Source: Candidatus Woesearchaeota archaeon
GTDB taxonomy: Archaea; Nanobdellota; Nanobdellia; Woesearchaeales; SM23-78
Direction of reading: 5' to 3'
NCBI GenBank assembly: GCA_016933095.1
Contig: JAFGBP010000042.1
Location: 19,691 to 83,690 of the forward strand
Length of the DNA stretch: 64,000 bases
How positions within the stretch are numbered: position 1 is the stretch's first letter; each line of letters starts with the position of its first letter. The notes below the pieces were generated by a model. It was not told the origin of the DNA. It saw only the letters and a list, made by a program, of their open reading frames with translations, and ran no database searches. Made by a program: the position numbers and the translations under genes. Below are positions 45,773 to 55,729 of the stretch, one piece after another.

Positions 45773-48222
45773 TGGGAATGCTCGGAATCACAAGCTTCCT
45801 CAATCCTGAAGCGTATTATCTTCTCATACCGGCGGCGGCCATACTCGCAGCTATAATCATGTTCAACTTCGTCTCTAACGAGATAGGCAACAGGAAAGAG
45901 AGGGGGAGCACAAGAATCATGATCTTGATATCAAAGATGATTATATTAACGCTCCTTATAACAGCCCTTGCACACCCTTACGGCGAAGTCACAATGACAA
46001 GCCAAGGGGATCCGAAGATCGTGCTTCTCGTCGATAACAGCAGCTCGATGAAGCTGCTGGAAACAAGGTTTGTCGAGAGCCTAAAGGCGAGATTCGAAGG
46101 AGAGTTTCCTGTCGTGTTGAAGTACATCGGGTCAGAGAAAGAGTCGGCCATAGGTGAGGAGATACTGAATTACCTAGAGAAGGACACGAACATCCTCCTC
46201 ATATCAGATGGGCAATCAAACTCAGGCGCCTCACTTGATGAAGTGGCCTTGCTTGCAGCCAACCTTAACAGCACCATAAGCGCTGTCAGCCTCTCTGAGA
46301 GGAACTCTGAAATAGGTGTCTACATCACGGGCTCTGACTCTAGCGTGAAGGGAGTGAACAATACTTACGTCGTCCACCTAATCAATCCAAAGGACGAGAA
46401 GGCAAACTTGAGGGTGCTCATAGACAACGAGGAGATAATTAACCAGGAAGTTAAGGGAGACTATTACTCGTTCCAGAAGAGCTTTGATGAAGGCACGCAC
46501 AAGATCGTCGCAGAGGTATCGTCGCTATCTGACTTCTTCCTTGAGAACAACCGGTTCTACAAGACCGTGAGCGTCGTGAAAAAGCCCCGAATTCTCCTAG
46601 TGCAGGACTCGTACGATCCTGTGGAGCAGATCTTCAACGGGCTATACGAAGTCACAAAATCAGACCGAATACCGGATAACTTGGACGAGTATTACGCCAT
46701 CATCCTGAATGATATGCCAGGCAGTGTTAAAGGGACTGAGAATCTTGCAGACTACCTCATAGACAAGGAAGGAGGGTATTATGGGAACGGGCTCTTTGTC
46801 ATCGGAGGATTTGACAGCTTCGACCGTGGAGGGTATAAGGGATCCGTCCTTGAGTCATACCTGCCAGTAACCGTGGGCAAGGCTGCAAAGAAGAGGGGAT
46901 CAAGCAACATCGCGATCGCAATTGACTTTTCAGGCACCACAGGCACCAGATGGTACTGCCCTAACCCTCCAGAAGTCGGGTGCAGGAAAGGAGAATGGGT
47001 TGAGGAAAAATCAGACGTCCAGGAAGTCAACAAGGCATTGGCATCAAGCATCATAAAGAGTCTTGGACCTGACAATACTGTGGGTGTCAGCATCTTCAGC
47101 AGCCAAAGCGGCACAGTGCAGGAACTAGCCCCGCTGTTCATGATCAAGGAGGAGCTGCTTGACAAGATCGCGAGGATTCAGCAGCCACCAGGACAGTCAT
47201 TCTTCAACATCGGACTGACAGGAGCATATCTCCTGCTGAAGGATCATGTTGGCAGCAACAACATCATACTTATAACCGACGGCCAGACAGGAAGTGATGA
47301 GATTAAGAAGACTACGATTGATACGGCAAAGACCCTAAGCGAGCGGGGCGTGAAGGTTTACGTGGTAGGCACTGGAAGGAGCGTGAACGATGCCTTCCTC
47401 AAGGACATCGCATACAACGGCCGAGGAGTATACTTCCCGGCTGACAAGTCCAATAATTTGAAGATACTCTTTGGCGAAGCCGCAGAGAGCAAGTTTGGGG
47501 AGGTATTTGACCTGTTCATCCTCAACCCTTATCACTTCATAACCCAAGGGCTTGCGCTTGACGCATCACTTTATGGCTTCAACCAGGTCATTCCGAAGAG
47601 CAACGCGATAACGCTTGTCACGACCCAGCACGGGGAGCCGGCGGTCACAGTCTGGAATTACGGCCTAGGACGTGTAGCCACCCTTAACGTGTTCAGCGGA
47701 AACAACAACCTAGGAGAGCTCATGAATAGCAGGAACTCAGTCCTCCTAACGAGAATCACTAACTGGGTCATAGGAGACCCGCAGAGAAAGGAGGATTATT
47801 ACGTCACAATATCAGACGCACGCGTGAACAAGCCTACCGATGTCATAATCAAGAGCGTCAAGTATCCTGATACTGAAGGAATCACCCTGACGAAGATTGG
47901 AGAGAACCAGTACAAGACAATAGTAACTCCTGAGGAAACTGGATTCAGCAGTATCATAGGAAAGGAATACGCTATTAACTATGAGGAAGAGTTCCAAAAC
48001 GTCGGAATGAACTCGAAAATGGAAGCAATAGTAGGCATGAGCGGCGGAAAGCTCTTTGAGCCTAAGGACGTGGATGAGATGATTGACTTTGTCAAGTCAG
48101 TCTCAAAGAAGACAAGACGGGAGAGGACCACGATCGTCTGGCCCTTCTTGATAGCAGCCGCCTGCGTATTCCTGATAGAATTGTTATATAGGAAGATCAG
48201 GGAGTATCGCCTAAACGGGTAA
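45769..48222 (+). CDS. membrane protein with two vWA-like domains and C-terminal TM anchor
   Basis: LLVDNSSSMK and IAIDFSGTTG MIDAS-like motifs; 4-nt overlap with upstream gene. Confidence 0.65.
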   Translation: MMGMLGITSFLNPEAYYLLIPAAAILAAIIMFNFVSNEIGNRKERGSTRIMILISKMIILTLLITALAHPYGEVTMTSQGDPKIVLLVDNSSSMKLLETRFVESLKARFEGEFPVVLKYIGSEKESAIGEEILNYLEKDTNILLISDGQSNSGASLDEVALLAANLNSTISAVSLSERNSEIGVYITGSDSSVKGVNNTYVVHLINPKDEKANLRVLIDNEEIINQEVKGDYYSFQKSFDEGTHKIVAEVSSLSDFFLENNRFYKTVSVVKKPRILLVQDSYDPVEQIFNGLYEVTKSDRIPDNLDEYYAIILNDMPGSVKGTENLADYLIDKEGGYYGNGLFVIGGFDSFDRGGYKGSVLESYLPVTVGKAAKKRGSSNIAIAIDFSGTTGTRWYCPNPPEVGCRKGEWVEEKSDVQEVNKALASSIIKSLGPDNTVGVSIFSSQSGTVQELAPLFMIKEELLDKIARIQQPPGQSFFNIGLTGAYLLLKDHVGSNNIILITDGQTGSDEIKKTTIDTAKTLSERGVKVYVVGTGRSVNDAFLKDIAYNGRGVYFPADKSNNLKILFGEAAESKFGEVFDLFILNPYHFITQGLALDASLYGFNQVIPKSNAITLVTTQHGEPAVTVWNYGLGRVATLNVFSGNNNLGELMNSRNSVLLTRITNWVIGDPQRKEDYYVTISDARVNKPTDVIIKSVKYPDTEGITLTKIGENQYKTIVTPEETGFSSIIGKEYAINYEEEFQNVGMNSKMEAIVGMSGGKLFEPKDVDEMIDFVKSVSKKTRRERTTIVWPFLIAAACVFLIELLYRKIREYRLNG

Positions 48223-48370
48223 TTGATGATAGAGTGGCAGGACGCATTAGCAAGGGCGAGGATGCAAGGAGAAGATTAGTGAGCAAATGCGCCAAACCAA
48301 TCGAAAATAGCCAAAAAATAAAAAGAGGCAAAGACAATCATAACGTGGAACGATGCGTGAAGGTGATTAG

Positions 48371-48883
48371 ATGAGCGAATTCATGGGAAAAAAGATAAAT
48401 TTCTTCCTTGTGATAATGATAATGCTCGTACTGTGCGGGATGGGCATGCTGAGCATTTACTACCAAGTCACTTTCAAGAACTTTGACAAGAGATTCCAGG
48501 ACCTGAACCAGGACTACGGCTCCTGCCAGCAAAACCTCACTTACGCAGTGAGCACGCTCCAGCAGACCATCAGGAACCTTAACAATACAGAGAGCGACAT
48601 AAGGAAGTATGACACTCTCTACGAGCAAAAGGCACAGGAACTCTCTGACATTGAAAGCACACTCAAGGAAACCCAGACTAAGCTGCAGAGCGAGACTATG
48701 TTCAAGGAGCAGTTCAAGAAGAAGGCTGAGAACTATGAAAAGCAGATCCTTGAACAGACAGAGGAGCTGGAGGAGATTCGAAAGCAGAACAACGCGCTGC
48801 AGTTCCAAGTAAACGTCCTTAACGAGAGGGTAGAATGCCTTGACGAGGAGATAGAGAGCTATGAATACACGTGCTATGAATGA
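48371..48883 (+). CDS. membrane-anchored coiled-coil protein
   Basis: N-terminal TM, long heptad region. Confidence 0.45.
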   Translation: MSEFMGKKINFFLVIMIMLVLCGMGMLSIYYQVTFKNFDKRFQDLNQDYGSCQQNLTYAVSTLQQTIRNLNNTESDIRKYDTLYEQKAQELSDIESTLKETQTKLQSETMFKEQFKKKAENYEKQILEQTEELEEIRKQNNALQFQVNVLNERVECLDEEIESYEYTCYE

Positions 48884-48960
48884 GTGAGGAAAAGACTGAC
48901 AAAGCACATCTTAGCCGTGACGATTGGATTATGGCTTTATCTTTCCGATAAAGGGAGAAA

Positions 48961-49764
48961 GTGGAAGAGATGAACAAGGTAAGGATATTATTCAACGAGG
49001 TGAAATTTGAGCTGCTAAAGGTAAGCCTGATGAACAGTTTCCTGGACGCGCTCATGATGTTCTTCCTCATATACTTCGTCATCTCACTCTTCAACGTGAA
49101 GCTTGAGTACGCCCTTACCATCCCTGGGATCATAAGCTTCATATTCTTCGTGGCGACGTTCATCAAAAGGACTCAGAACAGCAGGCTTAAGGATATGGAG
49201 AAGGCCAACCCGCAGCTGCGGGAGATCCTTAGGACGGCGCACGACAATCAGGAAGAGGACAACATCCTGGTCCAGGCACTTTTTAGGGACTTAAAGGAGA
49301 AGCTCAGGAACGCGTCGTCAGGAAACCTTATAGACTCGAAGAAGATAACGACGAGGGTGATAAGCGCGATCACGATCGTCTTCCTCATCTTGTTCCTATC
49401 AACCGTCACGATTAACATTCAAAAGATTGACATACCATTCGACAAGCTCAAATTCCTGACAGACTTAGACGCAAAGGAAAGGACTGAAGGCAACATCACA
49501 GAGCTGGTGTTCAACCAGACGGACGTGATATACGGTGATGCAAGCATCGCAAAGCTCGGGAATGACGTCGTGAACATCAAGGTGAACCCGACGATAGGCG
49601 AAATCGACCTTACAAAGACGAGCGAGGTAGAGGAAAAGGAGCTTGTAAGCGGGGCAATCCCCCAGGAGATCAGCATAAGCTCGGACGCTTACAGCAACCA
49701 GCAGATACTTGAAGAGGCAGAGGCTGCGGTGAACTACAGCCAGAGGATCAGCAAGATATCATGA
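48961..49764 (+). CDS. hypothetical membrane protein
   Basis: several TM segments; no domain recognised. Confidence 0.45.
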   Translation: MEEMNKVRILFNEVKFELLKVSLMNSFLDALMMFFLIYFVISLFNVKLEYALTIPGIISFIFFVATFIKRTQNSRLKDMEKANPQLREILRTAHDNQEEDNILVQALFRDLKEKLRNASSGNLIDSKKITTRVISAITIVFLILFLSTVTINIQKIDIPFDKLKFLTDLDAKERTEGNITELVFNQTDVIYGDASIAKLGNDVVNIKVNPTIGEIDLTKTSEVEEKELVSGAIPQEISISSDAYSNQQILEEAEAAVNYSQRISKIS

Positions 49765-49843
49765 TGACAGATGGAGGAATAGACTAATGCTATCAGCAGC
49801 AGGATCATGATGCAACAGATGATATTGGAGGAGTGATGTAAAA

Positions 49844-50806
49844 ATGGCAAATGCAAAAGACCTTGAAAGCGTAAAAAATATTGAGAAGCTCAAGGAGACG
49901 TTCAACAACATAAAAAGCGAGATAGGAAAGATTATCGTGGGGCAAGAAGAAGTGATAGAACAGATCCTGATAGCAATCCTGTGCGACTCAAACGCCTTGC
50001 TGGAAAGCTACCCTGGACTCGGAAAGACAACGCTTATCAAGACCATCAGCCAGATAATGGACTTGGGATTCAGCAGGATACAGAACACGCCTGACCTCAT
50101 GCCCTCAGACATTATAGGGACGTACCTTATCGATGAGGACAAAGGAAAGAAGGTGTTCAGGTTCCAGAAGGGGCCTATATTCGCGAACACCATCCTCGCA
50201 GACGAGATCAACAGGGCGACCCCGAAGACGCAGTCAGCCCTCCTAGAGGCCATGCAGGAGAAGCAGGTCACGGTCGGAAACCAGACTTTCGAGCTCGACA
50301 AGCCGTTCTTTGTCCTGGCAACTCAGAACCCGATAGACATGGAAGGGACATACCCGCTGCCCGAAGCACAGGTCGACAGGTTCCTCCTCAAGATCCTTGT
50401 AAATTATCCGACTTTCGAGGACGAGTTTGAGGTCATGAACAGGTTCACCAAGACGCACGTGAAGACAGAGGTGAAGACCCTTCTTAGCAAGGATTCTGTC
50501 CTGTTATTGCAGAACCTCACGAGGCAGGTCCCTATAGCTGATGACATCAAGAAGAAGGCCTTGAAGATCGTCCACAAGACCAGAAGCAACAAGGACCTCA
50601 TAGAGTACGGAGCTTCACCCAGGGCCAGCATCGGACTCATACTCGCCGCCAAGGCCAAGGCACTAGTCAACGGCCGGAAGTTCGTGAGCGAGAAGGACAT
50701 TGAAGAAATGGCATTCCCAGTCCTGCGTCACAGGCTAATCCTGAGCTTCAAGGCAGAGAGGGATGGAAAGACAGCGGACGACGTGATAAGGGAACTGCTG
50801 AAATAG
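49844..50806 (+). CDS. MoxR-family AAA+ ATPase
   Basis: ESYPGLGKTTLIKTIS, ILADEINRATPKTQSALLEAMQE, VLATQNP. Confidence 0.9.
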   Translation: MANAKDLESVKNIEKLKETFNNIKSEIGKIIVGQEEVIEQILIAILCDSNALLESYPGLGKTTLIKTISQIMDLGFSRIQNTPDLMPSDIIGTYLIDEDKGKKVFRFQKGPIFANTILADEINRATPKTQSALLEAMQEKQVTVGNQTFELDKPFFVLATQNPIDMEGTYPLPEAQVDRFLLKILVNYPTFEDEFEVMNRFTKTHVKTEVKTLLSKDSVLLLQNLTRQVPIADDIKKKALKIVHKTRSNKDLIEYGASPRASIGLILAAKAKALVNGRKFVSEKDIEEMAFPVLRHRLILSFKAERDGKTADDVIRELLK

Positions 50807-50914
50807 ACCGCGACCCAAACCTGCATCCAAGCAGCTCCACGTTCCGTCCCCATGGCAACTCGTCTGACGCAACCGAGTCTCGATACAGTCTGAACAGGCA
50901 ATGACAGACTTCAC

Positions 50915-51805
50915 TTGGTGGAGCTGCTTGCAAAGGTAAAGAAGAGAAGAAAAATGATCGACACCGCATTCCTAAGGCAGCTTGACCGCTTCCACCTAGT
51001 CCTCAAGAAGAGAGTGCTCTCCAACTATCAGGGAGAGAGGCAAAGCCACGCGCAAGGGTCAGGCCTGACGTTCGCAGACTACAAGGACTACGTCCCAGGA
51101 GACGACTTCAGGAACATCGACTGGAAGGTGTTCGCCAGGACCAACAAGCTCTACATCAAGAAGTACGAGGAGGAAAGGGACTTGTCAGTCCACATAATAG
51201 TGGATGCCAGCAGCAGCATGGACTACGGGAAGCAGATAAAGAAGTTCGAGTACGCGAGCATGATAGGCATAGGGTTCGCCTACATGGCGCTCAAGAACAA
51301 CGAGAAGTTCAACTTCTCGACTTTTGCAGACCAGCTCAACTACTTCAAAGCTAAGAAAGGAATGAACCAGCTTCTCGAGATCATAAAGAGGCTTGAGAAG
51401 CAGAAGATAACCGGGAACTCGAAGCTTGAAGGCGCGTTCGAGGAATACAAGAAGTTCATGCACAACAAGGGATTCGTCGTGGTGATATCAGACTTCCTAT
51501 ACGACCTCGAGGAGATAAAGAGCGTCATATCAAGGTTCACGAAACACGAGGTCGTGATAATCCAAGTACTAGACCCTGAGGAAAGGAAGCTTGCGCTCTA
51601 CGGCGACGTGATGCTCGAGGACAGCGAGATGCACACGAAGCTGCGCACGTTCATATCCAACAGGCTGCTCAAGAACTATAGGGAGAAGCTCGAAGGCCAC
51701 ATCTACTCGATAAAGGACGCGTGCGAGAAGATGGGAGCAGACTTCATAAGCATAACATCCGACAGGCCGATATTCGAAGCATTCTACGCTGCGCTGAAAG
51801 TATGA
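50915..51805 (+). CDS. DUF58 family protein (MoxR partner, vWA-like)
   Basis: QGSGLTFADYKDYVPGDDFRNIDWKVFART, IVDASSSM. Confidence 0.85.
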   Translation: MVELLAKVKKRRKMIDTAFLRQLDRFHLVLKKRVLSNYQGERQSHAQGSGLTFADYKDYVPGDDFRNIDWKVFARTNKLYIKKYEEERDLSVHIIVDASSSMDYGKQIKKFEYASMIGIGFAYMALKNNEKFNFSTFADQLNYFKAKKGMNQLLEIIKRLEKQKITGNSKLEGAFEEYKKFMHNKGFVVVISDFLYDLEEIKSVISRFTKHEVVIIQVLDPEERKLALYGDVMLEDSEMHTKLRTFISNRLLKNYREKLEGHIYSIKDACEKMGADFISITSDRPIFEAFYAALKV

Positions 51806-51963
51806 GAGTAAAGCATGGAAACAGCAGACCTAAAAGGCAAGGCATCAAACATACTGACTAGTTAACATTCACCAATAATTTTCTTTCCTCAGCACTCCAA
51901 ACCAAGCGAAGCATACGATGACAACGGGCCATTTAAGCGCCGAAAAGCCATCTTTCTTTTTAT

Positions 51964-52005
51964 TATACCTACATTAAACGAAATATTTAAATAAGCGTAG
52001 GTATA
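51964..52005 (+). promoter_or_regulatory. 9-bp perfect inverted repeat TATACCTAC...GTAGGTATA bracketing an AT-rich TATA-like core just upstream of fic
   Basis: read directly; ends 11 nt before ATG 52016. Confidence 0.4.
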
Positions 52006-52015
52006 ACTGTCTTTC

Positions 52016-52981
52016 ATGGTCCACGTGCAAGAAAGGAAATTAAAGGGGAAGTCTTACCTGTATCTTGACAAATCCATAAGGATCGGAGGGAAAGTATTCA
52101 AGATATCAAAGTACCTCGGGGTGAAGGCAGACTTATCAAAAGCCAGAATAAACGATGAGATGAAGAAATTCTCATTGGAACTTGATGAAAAGATAGTCTC
52201 GTACCTGACGAAGCACATTGAAAATAATTTCAAGATCCAATATCCGTTAATACAAGAGGAAGTCAGGAAAATCGAGGAGATGAACCTGAAGTACAAAGAG
52301 ATAAAGAGATCATTAACCAGAAGCGACTGGCTGGACATAAAAAAGAGATTCATAGCAAATTTCATTTTCGAATCCAATGCATTGGAAGGCAATTCATTGA
52401 CATTGAAGAACTTCTCAGAGATAATCTTTGAAAACAAAACGGCCGCCTCAACAGACCTTCGGGAGGTTTATGATGCAAAGAATTCCTATGCTGTCTTTTC
52501 AAAACTGTTCAATGAAAGAAAAGAAATGAGCGAGGCCTCTATTCTGGGCATTCACAGGATGATAATGAAGAACATAGACGAAAGGACCGGATACAAGAAG
52601 ATTCCAAACGTAATCCTAGGAAGGAACATGGAGCTAACCATCCCTGAAAACGTTCCGGAAGAGATGAAAAAACTGATCAGATGGTATGAGGAAAACAACA
52701 AGCTTCACCCATTAGAGCTTGCCTTCAAGTTTCATCATAAATTCGAAAGAATACACCCCTTCGCAGACGGCAACGGCCGTGTGGGAAGAATGCTGCTCAA
52801 CCACATCCTCATCAGAAAAGGATATTATCCTATAATAATAAGGAAGAGCCACAGGAACAGGTATCTGAAAGCCCTTAGAGCGGCCGACCTGGGAAAGTCC
52901 ATCCCATTAATGAGATTCGCCCTGGAACAAGCAAAAGAGACTTACAGGAAATTCTTCGAAGTTTACTACAACTATCTATGA
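52016..52981 (+). CDS. Fic family protein, class II (intramolecular inhibitory SxxxEG motif N-terminal to Fic core)
   Basis: HPFADGNGRVGR Fic motif; ESNALEGNS inhibitory motif; AT-rich gene. Confidence 0.88.
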   Translation: MVHVQERKLKGKSYLYLDKSIRIGGKVFKISKYLGVKADLSKARINDEMKKFSLELDEKIVSYLTKHIENNFKIQYPLIQEEVRKIEEMNLKYKEIKRSLTRSDWLDIKKRFIANFIFESNALEGNSLTLKNFSEIIFENKTAASTDLREVYDAKNSYAVFSKLFNERKEMSEASILGIHRMIMKNIDERTGYKKIPNVILGRNMELTIPENVPEEMKKLIRWYEENNKLHPLELAFKFHHKFERIHPFADGNGRVGRMLLNHILIRKGYYPIIIRKSHRNRYLKALRAADLGKSIPLMRFALEQAKETYRKFFEVYYNYL

Positions 52982-53026
52982 CCTAAGCGACAAAAAATCA
53001 CCACAAAAGAATTTATCAAGGATGGC

Positions 53027-53353
53027 TCAGCGCCTCTTCTTATGAGAAGCCATTGCCTGACCCTTCTCCTCAAGCTCAATCTCAATTCCGCCGATCCAGC
53101 CGGAAAATAAGTTATAGAACACTGAACCGAGAAGGCCTGCTATGAAACCCATAACCGCGTACTGGACCGGGAGCAGAAGAACTATCCAAAAACCCATGCT
53201 AAGCAAGGGATCAGGACCAGACGCCACAGCAATTGAAGGGTCGACGACCTGCATGACAGCCACTATGATCCCGAGGATCAAGCCCATAACAGCCATGAGC
53301 AAGGCCTCTATCTTTGCAAAACTCATAACACCAATCCTTTTTATGACAACCAT
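53027..53353 (-). CDS. small membrane protein
   Basis: 108 aa, 3-4 TM helices. Confidence 0.45.
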   Translation of the reverse strand: MVVIKRIGVMSFAKIEALLMAVMGLILGIIVAVMQVVDPSIAVASGPDPLLSMGFWIVLLLPVQYAVMGFIAGLLGSVFYNLFSGWIGGIEIELEEKGQAMASHKKRR

Positions 53354-53502
53354 CTTGTTGACCTCCGGAAACTCCTTATCAAAGGAGCATAACAGATAAA
53401 TACCCTACAATCTGTTCCGTGGCGAAAAGGATATAAATGTTGCGGTCCGAGATAGAAATGAATAGCGGATTAGCGCGGAGAGTTTTCACCTATTAAACGG
53501 TT

Positions 53503-55104
53503 GTGAGCCATATGAGCGAAAGACATGTAGCGTTAGTTTCATATGCCAATGTGAGTTACGGAGGGAAAGTAAGAGGACCAGTCCCGAGCGGACTCATGCT
53601 AGAAGGCACGCCGCATCTTGCCGGCCGGCTTCTAAAAGAAGGCTATATTCCCAGGATCTTTGATTTCAACAGCGTGCGAGGGGTCAGACGCCTCGCAGAA
53701 TCAGGCAGCGAAGCTTATGAAAAGGAATGCGCTCAAGAGATCATATCTTATGCGCGCGAGCATGAAGCTAAACTTGTCGGGTTCACTCTTTACAGCAATG
53801 GTTTCAAAGGCACGGTAAGGATAGCTGAGATGGTAAGAGAAACGCTTCCCGGAATATTCATCATGGGAGGGGGACCTCTGACAACTTGGGTGGAGAAGGC
53901 CATCTTCCGATACACCGACGCATTCGACGTCTTATGCATCGGGGAGGGGGATCTGTCCCTTCCCCGCACAGCCGATTCAATCTATGATGGAAGCATGTCG
54001 TTCTCGGATGCTCCCAACCTATTATTTAAAGACGGAAGCAGAACAAGAAGAGAAGTGACCAACATCTCTGAATTGCCATTTCCAACATATGACCCTCAAT
54101 TCTATCCTGACATAAAACATAAGATACAAATACCTGTATGCAGAGGAAGTGTCGGGTGCCGCTACGGCCAATGCTCTTTTTGCATCCAGCCAAAGACTGA
54201 CGGACCCTTCAGGATCCGGAACATCGATAACCTGCTGCAGGAGATATATTACCTAAAAGAAGAGCACTCATTCAGCAGGATCAGGCTCAGCGATCCCAAC
54301 CCTCCTCCAAAAGAGATGGTCAGGATTGCAGAGGGAATCGAGAGCCGGTTTCCAGGACAGATGAAGGTCTCTTCTTTCAATTATGCGGATGCACTGTATA
54401 ACTTTGAGAAGACAAAAAAGATCCAAGCAGGGGCGTTTGTAGGCATCGAATCATTCGACTTTGAAACGCTCCTAAAGCTGAACAAGACAAGGAACCCAGA
54501 GAAGTACGTGCGGGACGCCACGAGTCTTATTGAAACGGCGAAAAAACAGGGCATCCCCTCGGTCGTGGCCATAATAGTTCCTGTGGCCAACGACACGATC
54601 CGGAGGATAGAATATGATTATAACATGGTAAAGGAGCTCAACCCGGACTTTGTCGTGGGTGTGGCGCTTGGACCCTTGCCAGGGACACAGGATTATTTCT
54701 CTGCCTTGAACTTAGGAGAGGAATCTGGCATAAGGCTCAGTCCAGACTATGAGCATGAGCTGATGTTATGGGAACTTGACTTGCTTCAGCCTCCGTCGGC
54801 ATGGAGCCCTCCTCCCTGGGAACTGAAGGTCGACGGAAAGTTCTGCGGGAACCCTTTCCTGATAAATCACAAGCATTTCCTTGGAAAACTGATTGAAGAG
54901 GGATTCGAACCGGTAGCGGATGAAATTGTGCTCATGGCAGACCTTTTCTATAACGGTCTTCCAACAGAACAAAACGAACGTCGCCAGAAGATAATCCATT
55001 TCAACAAGGAGATCCGGAAAAGCATCGCTACCTCTGATTATGAGAGCCTGGAAAAGATCGTCACGGTGATAAACCACAATCAAAAGTCATCTCTGCGCCG
55101 CTAA
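53503..55104 (+). CDS. B12-binding-domain radical SAM family protein (putative)
   Basis: N-terminal Rossmann-like B12-binding-like region; Cys cluster CRGSVGCRYGQCSFC in place of canonical CxxxCxxC. Confidence 0.5.
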   Translation: MSHMSERHVALVSYANVSYGGKVRGPVPSGLMLEGTPHLAGRLLKEGYIPRIFDFNSVRGVRRLAESGSEAYEKECAQEIISYAREHEAKLVGFTLYSNGFKGTVRIAEMVRETLPGIFIMGGGPLTTWVEKAIFRYTDAFDVLCIGEGDLSLPRTADSIYDGSMSFSDAPNLLFKDGSRTRREVTNISELPFPTYDPQFYPDIKHKIQIPVCRGSVGCRYGQCSFCIQPKTDGPFRIRNIDNLLQEIYYLKEEHSFSRIRLSDPNPPPKEMVRIAEGIESRFPGQMKVSSFNYADALYNFEKTKKIQAGAFVGIESFDFETLLKLNKTRNPEKYVRDATSLIETAKKQGIPSVVAIIVPVANDTIRRIEYDYNMVKELNPDFVVGVALGPLPGTQDYFSALNLGEESGIRLSPDYEHELMLWELDLLQPPSAWSPPPWELKVDGKFCGNPFLINHKHFLGKLIEEGFEPVADEIVLMADLFYNGLPTEQNERRQKIIHFNKEIRKSIATSDYESLEKIVTVINHNQKSSLRR

Positions 55105-55725
55105 TGGAACCGGCTTGTCTGTCAATTTCGACAGGTCGAACTTGAACTTCTCAGGCAGCTGCCTCTTGATAAGAGAATCTTTCAGATTGAACTCGCTCTT
55201 GTTCTTTATCACGAATTCGCAGTATGGCTTTCCCTGGGCGATGCATTGCGTCTCAATGCAGATCAGATCTTCATTCTGAGTCATCTCTCTAAGAAGAGAA
55301 GTCATGCCTCCGCGGAACAAGACATCTACAGGATATTTCTGTAAGCCGAAAGTCTTCAGGTATTCCTTCGCATAAGTCGACTGGGCCCTCAAGATGTACT
55401 GATTCTTCTCAGTATCGACATGAACCAGATCCACAGTCCCCGCACCTATCATCTCAGCATGACCCTGCTGCATCTCCAATGCTTTCTGAGGAGAATAACC
55501 AAACCGCTTGATCATCATCTTAGCGCCCATCTTCGTCTGGATCTCCAGTATCTTATAGAATACATCGCTGCCTTTCTTCCCGAATTCCTCTTCCAGCAGC
55601 TTATGGACGATCACCATCACGTTCAATGACAACAGGTAGCCCGGAGATCCCAGGACCATAAGATATCCTCCTGCTTCATGCTTAATCTGCTTCTCGAAAA
55701 GCAATTTTCTCATAAAAGGATGCAT
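55087..55725 (-). CDS. V4R domain protein
   Basis: C-terminal C..ETQCIAQGKPYCEF pattern typical of V4R small-molecule-binding domain. Confidence 0.5.
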   Translation of the reverse strand: MHPFMRKLLFEKQIKHEAGGYLMVLGSPGYLLSLNVMVIVHKLLEEEFGKKGSDVFYKILEIQTKMGAKMMIKRFGYSPQKALEMQQGHAEMIGAGTVDLVHVDTEKNQYILRAQSTYAKEYLKTFGLQKYPVDVLFRGGMTSLLREMTQNEDLICIETQCIAQGKPYCEFVIKNKSEFNLKDSLIKRQLPEKFKFDLSKLTDKPVPLAAQR

Positions 55726-55729
55726 ACGA

